From: Macrostomum lignano
Lineage: Eukaryota
Length of the DNA stretch: 63,640 bases
Direction of reading: 5' to 3'
Assembly (NCBI GenBank): GCA_002269645.1
Contig: NIVC01004033.1
Coordinates: 1-63,640, forward strand
The stretch's first letter is position 1; each line of letters starts with the position of its first letter. The position numbers were made by a program, and so were the translations under genes. Below the pieces are notes generated by a model. It made no database searches. It saw only the letters and a program-made list of their open reading frames with translations, and had not been told where the DNA came from. Below are positions 52,001-63,640 of this stretch, piece by piece.

Positions 52001-55000
52001 GACCTCAACCTCGATTTTCTATTTTCTGCTGTAAGCCTGTAACATGTGTGTGTAATGTAAGCAAAGAGAGAATTTGATTAGTTTCATTTTCAAGCTTTTG
52101 GATTCTAGAAAAAAGCTCCAGAGGTCAGCTCTTGAGGAGATGCTAAGTTTAAGGCATCCATTAAATAGTTCAGAGTGTCCGTCTGACTTATTTTCATTTG
52201 TAAAAATGGAAGCTCTTACTCGTACGATATAGCTTCAGTGAAATTGGTTAACTCTCCGTGCAGACGCCTTATCAACTTTACAACTCCCGCAAGTCTTAAA
52301 CTGTCTTTCTTTCCCTCTCTGTCCCTTTGATCTGATTGGCTGGGACTGGCCCCGTGTTTTATTGTGTTTAATGGCTTTCAAGGCCACCCGGCCGGCTTTT
52401 TCAACAAACGCGCACCCCCAACCCCCTTCAATTCTTGCATTCAAAGTCAGCATGCAGTGTATTTTATCAGCCCCCCCCTCGATTTCGGTTACAATTATCG
52501 ATCGACTTTCTGCCTGCCTTATCTCTTGGTGGGGTTGGTTTGGTAGGCCGCGCCAGTCAGCCAATAAAAGATTTGAGACCATAATAAAGGCTGCTGCATG
52601 CTTTAATGAATACCGACTCTTGCCAATTTCGTGATGGCCTTCGGCCATTTACGTGCAAGATGGCATCGCGAACACATCTTTCCCTATCCTTCAGTAGATA
52701 ATCCTTGCATTCTGCAGGCAGAAATCTTCGAGGTCACTACAAATCTGGTGAGAATACTGGATTAGTGCTGATTTGCATTTTATATTTTGTGCATTTTTAT
52801 TTTATTAAATTAGTCATTTCAAGCCATGGAAAAGTACAGTAGGTACGCAGCAATAATTTAACGCAGCAAAGTAGGACTTTGCCGGTCAGTGCTACTTTAG
52901 ATCTGATTATGTTAACCATGACTCCAAGCCTTTTGCCTATATATAGTAATACTAATGTAATAGAATATACAATATAGGGATTATAGTAGTACTATATATT
53001 CAAATGTTTTGAATATCCTAAGCAAGTTCTAGGGCTACGATTCCTACGAATCAAGGTCTTTTGAGTTAGTTTTAGGGAAATGTAGTTTACATTACAACAG
53101 AGCCAGAACAGAAGCAGAAGCAAACGGTTTTTATTTAATAAATTTTACCTGAAATACAGACAATTCCAGATGTAATTCTTTTTTAATGTTTTTATCTATA
53201 CTGGCCTATATCTTCGAGATATAGTCGATTTTGTATTCTACTAACTACTTCTATACCACATGCTACTATGCTACTGCTACTATCTATAATGTGAACTCTA
53301 CTTTATACCTGCACCTTCTGCCTAGAGAAGATTGCTTGGAGATCACAAAGTGAAAAATTGGGTGGGTAGCAAATTTTCCAAATTTGAAATTATACTTTCA
53401 AAAGCTGGCAAAATGGCAACCCGACCAAAAATAAGTTTTCCATTTATAAAGTAACGGTGGCAACAGTGCCACAATTCCCGTCGTTCTTGGCCTCCACCCT
53501 ATCCTCACAGCGGAGGCCAGTCAGCTGATACGAGCCGTGGAGACCAAGGTGGAGGGTTGAGCCATGCGGGAGCTGTCCATCCGAGGGTGACGGTGGCCTT
53601 GGTTGTACCCTTGTGGTACACGATACCACTTGCATCAACATTCAGGTGCCGCTTGAGCAGAAGCTGCCGTAGCTGCTCCCTGGACTTGATTGCGCTAGCT
53701 TCTCAGTATCAATTCAATCCTCTCAGTATCAATCTTCTCGGTACCTATAGTCGTATAGAATGTAATAATACAAATCAAGAATTTTAGCCATTTAGAAAAG
53801 GCTTTCTTGAGCTTTTTTTCCCAGTCAAGAGACAATCGACCATACGAGCTAGTATGGGGGAGTTATCACAGCATTCTATTGTTTAGTTTTAGATTGGTTG
53901 CGGCGCGGAGCGCTGGAAACTTTCTCCAAAACAAACGATTGACTATCCAGCTAATACAACCAAGCAGATACCCATTATTAGACCCAAGAGTTTTTGTTAA
54001 AGCGCACACTTGGTGAAAAGGGATCAAGTGCTACACAGTAAAAGCGCGGTGCAGGAGGAATTTGATGAACCCAACTTTCAAGTTAGCCACCACGGCATCA
54101 AAGTATAAAAGCAGCCTAGTGAACGCGGTAGACTTAACTGGCGACTCTGTCCGGAGCAGTCAACCTCTGTCCAGAAAAGGAAGCTTCTTTTATCCACCCT
54201 CAACTGTGAACTTTTGATGGCCTCAAAAAATTCCGAATGGTCTTTCTAATTCCCAAACATGGCAAACGTGTCATCCACGTAGTGCTTGTAAAACAGCGAT
54301 TCACATGATATTTTTGACCTCTTTTCTTCCCATGAGCATGTACAGATAGCAAGAGTAGGGAATTACGGGCTACCAATGGCACAGCCATCGATTTGGCAGT
54401 TATATTAGTTCTCAAACATATAAATCCCAGAAACGGCCAATCCTATCTTTCTTAAAAATACAAATCTAGAGTAGTCAGAGGATCACATTGGTAGATCTAG
54501 TCGGAGAAAAGATCGATAGCACATTTAACAGTGATGTTGGTAAACAGATATGCCACAAACTAAACACTAAATCACTCCCATTGCCATTCCCATGACCAAT
54601 ATATTTCATAAATTCTCTGTTCGATCTCAGAATAATTCTGAGCAACCTTCTAAGGCGGTGCTGTGACAAATAAAAAAATAAGCCTGTAGAGAGCCTTTGC
54701 ACTGAGCCGAACACTGCTGCAGAGGACGGAAAATGCTGACAGACCTTAGGATTAGGATAGAGAAGGGGAGGGGTGTTTCACGCCGTAAAAATTAACACTG
54801 TATTGCTTCCACTAAAGCAGTTAAGTGGCAGTTGTACAAATTTAAGTGCTTGATGCACGTACTGCACGAGTACAACACTGTCGCAATGTGATGTATGCGC
54901 GTTCCACTTCGTATTGTGGCGCGTCGTCCAACGTCAGCCAGAAGAAAAACGACGACAGCAAGTTGAAATGCTGTGCGCACATGTCGGGGAACACCATCGG

Positions 55001-55300
55001 ACCGTTCAGTAGAAATCTGGCTTCCAGCTCTTGACCCCCCGAGATAACCGAGGTCGCGCAGATTCCGTGGTAGTCTCTGTACCGCGCCCCTCGGAATGCG
55101 GATCAAGGCAGTCGTCAGAGCGTCGGCGAGTTAAATAGATCCTTGTGGATATAGATTAACTGCATTTTGGCCGCAGTTTTTCTGATTGCAAATAAATCGG
55201 GAACGACTAATAGGCAGAATTCACTCATAAACCTGCACTCGAATCTCCCCCTTAAGTGAGCTGCGTGAGCTTCCACTTGACAGGTAGGTCCCTTGCACAG

Positions 55301-55506
55301 CTGAAGGAGCCACTACGGTGGGGTTGGTGTTAAAATATGGGGATTTTTACTACAAGCTTATGTGCGGTTGCTGGCAGCCACGCTCTGTAGCTAGGGCGAC
55401 ATCTTCACCAACGGGAACAGTATACGGATGTAATATTTGTCGCACCATGGACACCGTTAGTGTTCGACACCGATTGCCTAAGTCCACTGTAGTGCGTCCA
55501 TCATGA
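55301..55506 (+). pseudogene. Possible RPA70 DBD-C-like zinc-ribbon exon
   Basis: ATTVGLVLKYGDFYYKLMCGC..VYGCNIC..VRHRL after an acceptor gcacag; moderate resemblance only. Confidence 0.35.
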
Positions 55507-56312
55507 ATTGCATTAGACGAATAGGAGATACGCTGCAGAATTCAGCTTTTTGTCTACTGCACCAGTAGCCGCATGTCACCACGCGGTTAGATTTTAGGCG
55601 GTCCGGTAGTTCCACCACGTACAGGTGGACAGATTTTCAATAGGGCTTGCAATATTATAATAGTAGTACCTACGAGTACTGATAGCTGATCGCGGAACTA
55701 TAATATTTAGTTATAGTTACAGAACAGGCGTGAGGACGCGCTGCCCTTTAGTGATACGGTACGGTAGCACAGTCCTGGCAATTCCAAAGGAGGAACACAG
55801 AAAAGGCAGCGCTTACCGGTCGAGTCACGTGATTTCGCTTTTCTTAGTGTTGGCCACAAAGTTCGTCCTTTTATTTCTTTACTTCTACAATTTAGTAACG
55901 TTTAGAAGGAATATACTCAAATGTACTCGAAACTAAAAAATTAAGTATTTTGGGATGGTACTCACCGTTCTTCCGCATGGGCTGCCACCGCTGCGCAGAA
56001 AGTTTGTGCTTTATGCATTTTGTTTTATTGTACTAATAGAAATAACAATATATAGGTAGTCTACTGTATATTATTTTTTAAATATAGGCACTAAAACTAA
56101 GGTGCAGGAGTGAATAAAATAGGGCCGGGTTATGATTGTGAGTGATCGCTTCAGCAGTGATTGTATCAGTTGGTTAAGGAGAGTCTGGCTTCACTGAGCC
56201 TTAAGCTTTATTATGAAGCTAAAGCTTATCATTGTTTAGAAAACTTTAATTGCACGTCAGAGTTAAAGCTTCCTAAAGTGACGGAGCCTGAAAACTGCTC
56301 AAAGTCAAAGAG

Positions 56313-57104
56313 TTAGTCAACCAGAGTCAATTTGGCAACTTTAACCTTCTCAGCACGCGTTAAGACTTCTTCAGGCTGTTGCCTGGCATTGATTACTCCA
56401 AGCACATCGACGATCCTATAGTGAAAAAGGGCAAAGCTTTAAAGGTATTTGCACACTAACATGAGAATCACACCAAAAATGAGCAAGGATTTCTATACTG
56501 GTACACTAACAGGAGCATCAGAACTGATTCAGAACACACCATTGGCCAAGAATTCGTACGGCGTTTATGATTAACAATGTAAAACACAAGAGAAAATAAC
56601 TGTCACCCCTAAACATGATTATTTTCACTCCGCGATGTTTGATATTTGACAAAAACTACTAAATCCATTAGTCGCTCACTCGTCCAATCCGGTCCATTCA
56701 AGTTGATTAATTTTAATATACAATCATTCAAAACTACATGTAACTCGAGCTAGCGGCAAATCGTTGCTTCTACAGATGAAGCCGTTAGAATCCACGGAAA
56801 CGCTTATTTCAATTAGATTGTCTGTACACTTAAACTGTGGCTTCGCAGTATTCCAGTCCGCCGGATATGCGAACGGCTTCAGTACTATATTGCATACTTC
56901 CCAGACAGCTTGCAGGTTTTTACCGAAGACGCTGACTGGTATCTCAGATGAGTCGTCCACCCGGATGAAAGAAAACACTTGGCCCTGACCTTTCTCGTTA
57001 TTATAGGTGTAAATTTCCATCAGCTTCGTCACAAGGCCAGTGATAGGCGCAGGCATTAGACCGACTTTTAGAGCAGCGATTCCAACTTTCGACTTCTTGC
57101 TCAC
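56313..57104 (-). pseudogene. RPA70-like OB-fold fragments (DBD-A-like and DBD-B-like exons)
   Basis: ITGLVTKLMEIYTYNNEKGQGQVFSFIRVDDSSEIPVSVFG (cf. [40 protein letters not shown]); IVDVLGVINA..VAKLTLVD* (cf. LVDIIGIC..VAKRNIYLMD). Confidence 0.65.
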
Positions 57105-58114
57105 AGTCGACTCTAAGAGACAATTTTGCGCAACAAAAATTCAATATTTGAAATTTAGTATTAATCAAAGTTTTTTTGATAAGCTGTTGGCTCCCCAAAG
57201 GGGGGGGCGCTAATTGCTAGGATAAATTCCATAAAGCTACAATGGGTGTCTCAAATTAAAGAAATTTTGTAAGAAATAAATGGAGTTCTACGCTCGTATT
57301 TAAGTGAATTTACCTAATACGGAATAATTCTTTCTGTATTGCGAGTTCACCCTATGCTTACTTCATCCCAGTTTAATTAGTTTACTCGTTTCTAAGAGAC
57401 GGTAATACAGCAAACAGAAAAGCATGAGTGTACAAAACCAACAATGAGGTAAAAACTTACTGGTCTGACCAAATTTGTGGTTTTCGTGGTTGACGGCTGA
57501 TTCCACCGGCTCATCCTCTCGTCTCGATTAGGTGGTCATCGCAGAGAATTTTTATTAGAAAAAAAAGCGATATTCAGTGAAGAAAACAATGCTGCGGAAA
57601 CTTCAGATTAAATTTGTTTTTTAATAAATTCTAAACTTTTGGCCAGTTAAATAAATTTAACCCAAAAGCAATTCTATCGGGGATTAAGTAATAGATGTTC
57701 AGCACTACGAGTTTTATGGAGCATTCGCGCCATTCTAAACATTGGGTATCGTTTATTATCAATCTCATAGTATACTCATAGAGTCATAGAGTTTAGCATA
57801 TGTTGTGAATTCAAGCTTAATTCTATAAGCTAATGAACTTACAACTTCTTCGAAAATTTTCGTTTAATGAAATGGAACGAGCCATGAATTCAACTAAGTC
57901 CATAGCACTAAGCTTTATTGACCCATATTTCGTTAAAGCATTTCCGGATGCAAAAATCATGCTCACTAGAATCCATCTACTAAGCTGCTCATTAAAGCTT
58001 TTTAAAAATAGGTTAAAATAGCAAGTCCAAACCTTTTTGTTTTTCAGTCTTTTTAGGATATCAATGAGAAAACTGCAAGAGCACGATAAAGTACAACGTT
58101 CTTTTTAGTTAATA

Positions 58115-58560
58115 CTAGCAATCTTCGCCCCCGTTGGGGGACATCTAGATAGAATCTCTATTCTCTACAAGTAACAAAAAGACAGCCAAATAAAGCCTTC
58201 ACAAAGACAACAGACAAACTGCTCACATAAAGTGCAATGCAAAAAGAAATCATCTCAAGACAGCAAGCATCCCCCAGATAGCAAACATCCCCCAGATTGC
58301 AAGCATCCCCCAGATAGCAAGCATCCCCCAGATAGCAAGCATCCCCCAAATAGCAAGCATCCTCCCGATAGCAAGCATCCCCCAAATAGCAAGCACCCCC
58401 AGATAGCAAGCATCCCCCAGATAGCAAGCATCCCCAAATATAGCATTTCCCGGTCAATTTGGTCCTAGAAGCACTCAATTTAATCCGCAATAGAGAATTC
58501 CAATTCATTCCACCGTCACTAGAGATATGTCTATGGCCAAATATGCTGTTTCGTTCCACT
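58115..58560 (-). mobile_element. Helitron-like 3' end (hairpin + CTAG) with an 18-bp minisatellite (agcaagcatcccccagat, 58258-58440)
   Basis: Minus strand CCCCC-AAC-GGGGG..gaagattgCTAG|T, same family as 17965. Confidence 0.55.
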
Positions 58561-58598
58561 CAATTTAATCCTGGGGCACTTATTTCGCGTATTTATGA

Positions 58599-60788
58599 TG
58601 TAACCACGCTCTGGTCGCGGGATAGGGCATGGGAACTTTTTTGAAAGTGCCTCCTATCCCGTGCACCCTCTGCACAGAGCTGTCGAGACTCGGCCAGGTC
58701 TCCGACCGGGCCTGGAGACTCCCGCTCTGCTGCACCCCTCCTGCTGCCTTGGTCCCGTCTCTCCTGCCGCCACACCTGCCTTTCCGGAGCCCCTACCCCT
58801 TTCTGTACCTCCCCCTCTACCCTATCTCTTCTGTTCCCGCCCTATTCTTCCTGTACTTTCTCTACCTCCTCCCTTTTTTGTCTCCCTCTGCACTCTTTTC
58901 CTGCGCTGTCCCCTCTTTCCCTGTGTCTACTTACAGTACTTTGTGTGCTCACCGTCTCCCCATCCCCTCTCAAACTCCCAAACGGTGACGCAAGTCGTGT
59001 GACCCCTTCTCCCCCTCGGTGACTCATCGATGACTCATCCCCCTCTCTTGCGCAACCTTTTCTCACGCTATTGTTCTCCTTCCCAAATTTCTCATGTGAC
59101 ACCCACCCCACCTCCGCTTCTATTGTTCTCGTTTTTGCTTCTTTTGTTCTCTCGACCCCACCAATTATCACATTTTCTCCGATTTTCTCTTTCTTTTGTT
59201 CTCGTTTTCGCACCTAATTATCACCTTTTCTCCAATGTTTACTTTTCCATTGTTCTCAGTTTTCCCCAATTATCCCCGATTTCCAATTCCTTTGTTCTCG
59301 ACCCCAGCCCTATTGTTCTCAATGTTTGCTTGCGCAACACTTTCGCGACCACCCGCTGCGCCAATTATCCCCCACCCCACCTCCGGATTGCGCAATTTCC
59401 CGATTTCTCATGTTGCTATGCCGGTCTCATGCTTCTCATCATGACTCATTCTGACGTCATTCTGCCGGCAGCCAATCAGAGAGAGGGAGCCATGGTAACG
59501 ACCTTGAGGAGGCGGCTGTGAGGTCTATAAAAGGAAGCGATTTCGGCATGAGAATACTCAACTGAGTTTATCTCTGTTCCTCTCCTCGTCCTTCTTTGGA
59601 CTTGCTGTCAGATTGAGTTCTGACCCATTCGTCTATAAGACGAATCCCTGCCGGTCCGCGGTCTGTTACCGCCAAGTTATCCTTAGCTCCCCAAGTGAGC
59701 TCGCCTATCGGCCAGCGGTCTGATACCGCCCAGCATCATCAGCATCGCCTGATCTACATCAGCGCCTCGTCGCTCCAGCGCATCGCCGCTTCACCGTCTG
59801 CCTGACTGCAGCCTACAGCCGCCCTCGGTCACTCCGCCTCTCTCTCTCTCTGTGCAGCTGCCGGTAAGTTCCTACTACTAATTTGGGCTCTAATTGCCTT
59901 TGCTTATCCGGGGTTTGCCTATTTTCCATTGTCTGATTAGAGAGCTGAGCCAATTGTGATACCGTATCTTTTGCTGTATTTTACTCAATAGTGAAGCCGC
60001 CTAATTGCCTGCTTATTTGCCTAAGGGCCTAATTATTAACTATTAACTAACTTCATCATTATTCAATCTTTCACCATCATTTCACTCATGGCTTGCTAAG
60101 CCTTTCTCCCGGGGTGGCAAAGCATAAGGAAGTTTGGGTAAGCTAATGGCCTCTCCCCGTGCAAAGCCCGCCTGTGAGTGCGTGCTGCGGGGCCGCGTGT
60201 GCGTGCAGTAGAGGGATTAGCGAGTCTTGGCACAGAATGGCAGTAGGAAGGTTGCAACCCCATGCTAACGCGTCCCTTCGCCATGTTCGCCATGTTCGCC
60301 TCATACTACTCTTAGTAATCAAAGTCGCAAGTCAGCCTCGCTCACAGCCACAAAGGATCCCCTGCTGAGAAATCCTCCAGGATTGAGCCCAGAGTTCCCG
60401 ATCATGCCCCAAGCAGAGTCCCTGTACTCGGCTGCATGCGTCTCCCCTGTTAGCCTAAATCCCCTGGTAACCAATCCAGGCGGGGCTCTAGCCTCGAGAG
60501 GTCTGGTAGAAAGATCCAGGTGCGCCAGGTCACATAGAGTGGTGGCAGCCACTCGGTCATACCATGACCGAGTGACCAACTATTGCACCTTGGCTACAGG
60601 TGGGGTCCATGTGGGTCCTTGGCCCTCTGGTCACGAAGCGCTACCAAAGCTACTAATCATGTGGGCGGGACAGTCTGGTGCTGGAGGTCCGTCAGGTCAT
60701 TGCCCGGTCATAGGCAGCCTACGGTCATTGCCCCTCTAGCCATGCGTTCGTCTCTCTACGGAGCGGACAGGCGACGAGGGCGGTTACA
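58599..60788 (+). mobile_element. 5' LTR (~2.19 kb) of a Ty3/Gypsy-like retrotransposon
   Basis: Bounded by the perfect inverted termini TGTAACC / GGTTACA and followed 6 nt later by a PBS. Confidence 0.85.
59442..59533 (+). promoter_or_regulatory. LTR U3 promoter: TGACTCA, TGACGTCA, CCAAT, TATAAAAG
   Basis: Motifs at 59442, 59452, 59472 and 59526 in canonical order; two more TGACTCA at 59020 and 59031. Confidence 0.6.
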
Positions 60789-60794
60789 TCAAAA

Positions 60795-60811
60795 TGGTGC
60801 AGCGGTGGGAT
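60795..60811 (+). other. Primer-binding site, tRNA-Leu(AAG/TAG)-like
   Basis: TGGTGCAGCGGTGGGAT matches the complement of the tRNA-Leu 3' end (TGGTGGCAGCGGTGGGAT) minus one G. Confidence 0.8.
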
Positions 60812-63157
60812 CTGGTGCAAACAGCGCTGAGTTTCGGACTGGTGGTTTAGATGTGACAAGCGCACCTGTGGCATCCCTCAGAATGGTGGCCGAAGCGCAA
60901 AGAGTGCCATGTCTAAATCTACCAATCGTAAAAATCGCCAATCGTCATTCTCTTCTCCCATGGCGTGAGGCAACAAAATCCAAAAATATTAATGTAACTT
61001 TTCAAATTTTTCGGGCTGCGAATTCGTTCAATTCATTCGAAATTTCCAAATTCATTCATTCGCCAAAAGCCCCTGATTCAATTTAAAATTAATTTAGCCG
61101 ATCAGTTTCAGCGCTAGAAAGTGTGAAGTGGTAGACGAGCGGATTTGATTACAATCAGAATAGCTACCTGGTAACGGAGTGTGTGAAGAACTGCGAAAGT
61201 GAATTTTCCGGACTCACTTTCTATTTCATGGTAATATGCTTTATTTCCCCTCCCTTTCTTTCTCTCGCCTAGCCTACAGCAGAACTGTGTGAGTGTTGAG
61301 GTGGACAGCCAGCCAGGTACGGAAGCCTCATCACGCAAGCCCAGGGAAGCTGGAAGCGAAGCATTTCTTTCCTTTGTCCTACCTCTTTCTTTTACTCGGG
61401 GAGTGTAACAGTCGCTCTCCCTGATCGCTCAGTTAATCCTAGAAATGCGTAGAGACCGGAGCGTGTTTTGTTTGTCCATTAGAATGAACAGCTATCAAGG
61501 GCTATGGGGAACTCGCTATATATGCATAGTAAGGGAAGCAGTAGTCATGGCCTTGGAAACATTGGGGGATACCAAAGTCTCGCAGGAATGGGAATAGCGG
61601 TGTGATTGTATCTCTGTAGGGTATCAGTGTGACTCAAAAATCTCGGGCTAAAAAAAGTGTCACCTCCTATGGAATACCTGCGATCAGCCCGGACCTGAAT
61701 TCTGCGGTAACCCCTGGTGCCTTCATGGCTGGGATTCGATCCCAACGTGTCTGCTGACTCTCCCCACTGTATTGCAGACCCGGTAGTAACTGCTTTGGTT
61801 GCATTTGGGCTGGTGCAGTGGCTGGAAATAGTAGATCCCATAGTATCCTATTGATAGTGGAGTTCAGTGAGTATTGGAATGGTGTACTGGAAGTCTGGTG
61901 GCCCCCAGTGATCTCGTAATGTTTCCTGCTGCATTCTCCTCCTTTAGTAATTCCTCCCCCCTGCTGTCAGTCTGATAGGGGAGGTGGGTGTGCCAATCAG
62001 CCCGACCGGTAGAACGGCGCTCCTGCCCGACTTGTCAGCCTGGCCCAGGAAGGCGCTATTGCGCAACTCTTTTCCCCTCTGGCCACTGCAGCCCACTAAG
62101 CGCTTAGACGCAGGGTTGCATGCAGTCCCCTAATGTAAAGCCCCGGTACATAGAGTGCCACCCCAGTGCCCCGCAAGGTCAATAAGACGGGTTGACGTCT
62201 CTGGCAACTTGGAATAACCTAGATGGAGGTACCGCTGTCTCCTGGTAGAACCGGGCGTTCAAGTACAGTAAAGTGGAGAGGCTGACAACTGTAGGACTTT
62301 CTCCGCCATCAGATAAAGGTCCCAAGTATGCTATTTCGAGCTGCAGCAAAGGTGGAGTATCGGAGGGGCAAGCATTTCAGGAAGATACTCACTTAGGTCT
62401 GTTTATCCTAGGAAAGCGGGCGAGAGTTTCAGGCTTGTAATCCGCCTAACCTGAAAACTTCGGGGACAGTTTAGTCTGGACTCCCGCTGCGCGCCTTCGC
62501 TCTGAACAGAAGGGGGAGGTCTTGGTTTTTGTGGATTCTGCTAGACGTAGGGGAGCTGGATTCCCGCCTTTTGTGAAGCTGCGTGTACAAGATTGGTAGT
62601 CCTGAGGTGGAAGCCCACTGGACTCCGACGGTTTTCCGGCTGTGCAAGGGCAGTAAAGTGGGAGGACCTCCATGGGATTGCTCCGCCACTTGGGTTTTTG
62701 GGTCCAGGCGCCAACGCTTCTTCGTAGTGGCTTTCTTAAGGAAATGGGGTCCGGCGCGCAACCCTAGGGGAGAATTTGTACAGGTGCCGTAAGTCCGTTT
62801 ACGGTCGGCATTTGGGTTCCCTAGCATGGCCGCAAAATGAAGGTCAAGTCTCTCTGAATAGCCAATTTTTCCCTGTCAGGATGTGCCATAGACAACTGGT
62901 AGTGGTAGCCGCAGTTTGAGTCAGTGTGCTTTGCCGAGTGAAGCCGTTAGGACTGCCTAAATGGAATTATGTGGAGCCACCCGTTTTTCAATTTGTTTTC
63001 TTCGACGCCGCAAGTATGTGGGTTTTGTCTGTGTTTGTGTGTGTGTGAGTGTGTTTGTGTGTTTCGGATCAACTTTTCGGTCTTTACCTGTAGTTGCCCC
63101 GGTTTTCTTTTCTTTTCCTTCCCGGTGGTGGGTACTCCCCAGCTATCCGGCATTCAC

Positions 63158-63640
63158 ATGTCACGGGCGCGTGGAGATAGGGTCGTAGAAGCTGTGTGCG
63201 CAGACGCCCCTGGTCAACCACCCTCGGCCGCTGACACCCCAGCAGTTGGCCGCCCCCAGCCGCAATGGCCGCAGCCCTGGTAACCAGGTCCCTCAGCCTC
63301 AGAAGCAGTAGTAGTTGAGGAACCAGATGAAGGAGTAGCAGCTCCCGCTCCCAATCAGGGTGCGCAGCAGCCGCCGCTGCTCCCCGGACGCAGCCCAGAA
63401 TCCTCCTCAGGCAGTCCCGCAGCTAGGAGACTTAGTTGCCGCTATAGCCAATGCGTTTAAGCCAGCTAAACATGGGCCAAGACGCCCAGAGGCCGAAAAT
63501 CTACGTAGAAAAGTTCTCTCCGGCGAACACTGTTTTGTGCAATGGGTAGAGAGAATATCTACAAGCTGGACGCGGAGAGAACTGTAGGAGATCAGGCTAG
63601 GAAGCAGGTGCTCATCTCGCACCTCCCAGGTGAATTTCAG
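63158..63640 (+). pseudogene. Frameshifted gag of the LTR element (runs off the right edge)
   Basis: Pro/Ala-rich N-terminus, then PKIYVEKFSGE..FVQWVER..YKLDAE..DQARKQVLISHLPG pieced across frames. Confidence 0.7.

Noticed and set aside
52235-52648. 137-aa minus-strand ORF
   Set aside because: No recognisable motif or splice context.
53440-53700. GC-rich exon-like segment (EQLRQLLL..TVTLGWTAP)
   Set aside because: FN3-like resemblance too weak; stops follow and no partner exons were found.
54475-54714. Possible PIF1 helicase fragment (..REFMKYIGHG..)
   Set aside because: Only a vague motif echo with no other helicase motifs.
59760-59790. gcg CCTCGT cgc HDV-like loop in the LTR
   Set aside because: Loop is one nt short and there are no P1 or P2 partners.
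61730-61745. tRNA T-loop-like gggattcgatccc
   Set aside because: No A box or cloverleaf.

Overview
Eukaryotic, intron-rich genomic DNA with GC-rich exons in an AT-rich, repeat-laden background. The style suggests a free-living flatworm such as Macrostomum, which is an inference only. Six host genes are recognisable: NPHP4 (minus, runs off the left edge), a small secreted WSC-domain protein, a divergent TRPV-like channel, an orphan gene with a KH-like motif (minus), TCERG1/CA150 (3 WW + FF repeats, at least 8 exons) and a TACC-family protein. Mobile DNA includes an RT-deleted LOA/I-group LINE with a target-site duplication (TSD), decayed hAT transposons, Helitron-like 3' ends attached to tandem arrays (one a 2.3-kb satellite), foldback-type elements, RPA70-like OB-fold fragments and the left part of a Ty3/Gypsy-like LTR element (LTR, Leu PBS, broken gag). 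The strongest hidden signal is two HDV-like (CPEB3-type) self-cleaving ribozyme folds. Each sits at the 5' boundary of a non-autonomous retroelement: one heads the RT-less LINE (4019-4229, +), the other heads a ~410-bp (GAA)-tailed, ORF-less element nested in a hAT transposon (25105-25245, minus). Several conserved genes carry single-base frameshifts, which are either assembly error or decay. All folds and homologies were assessed by eye.
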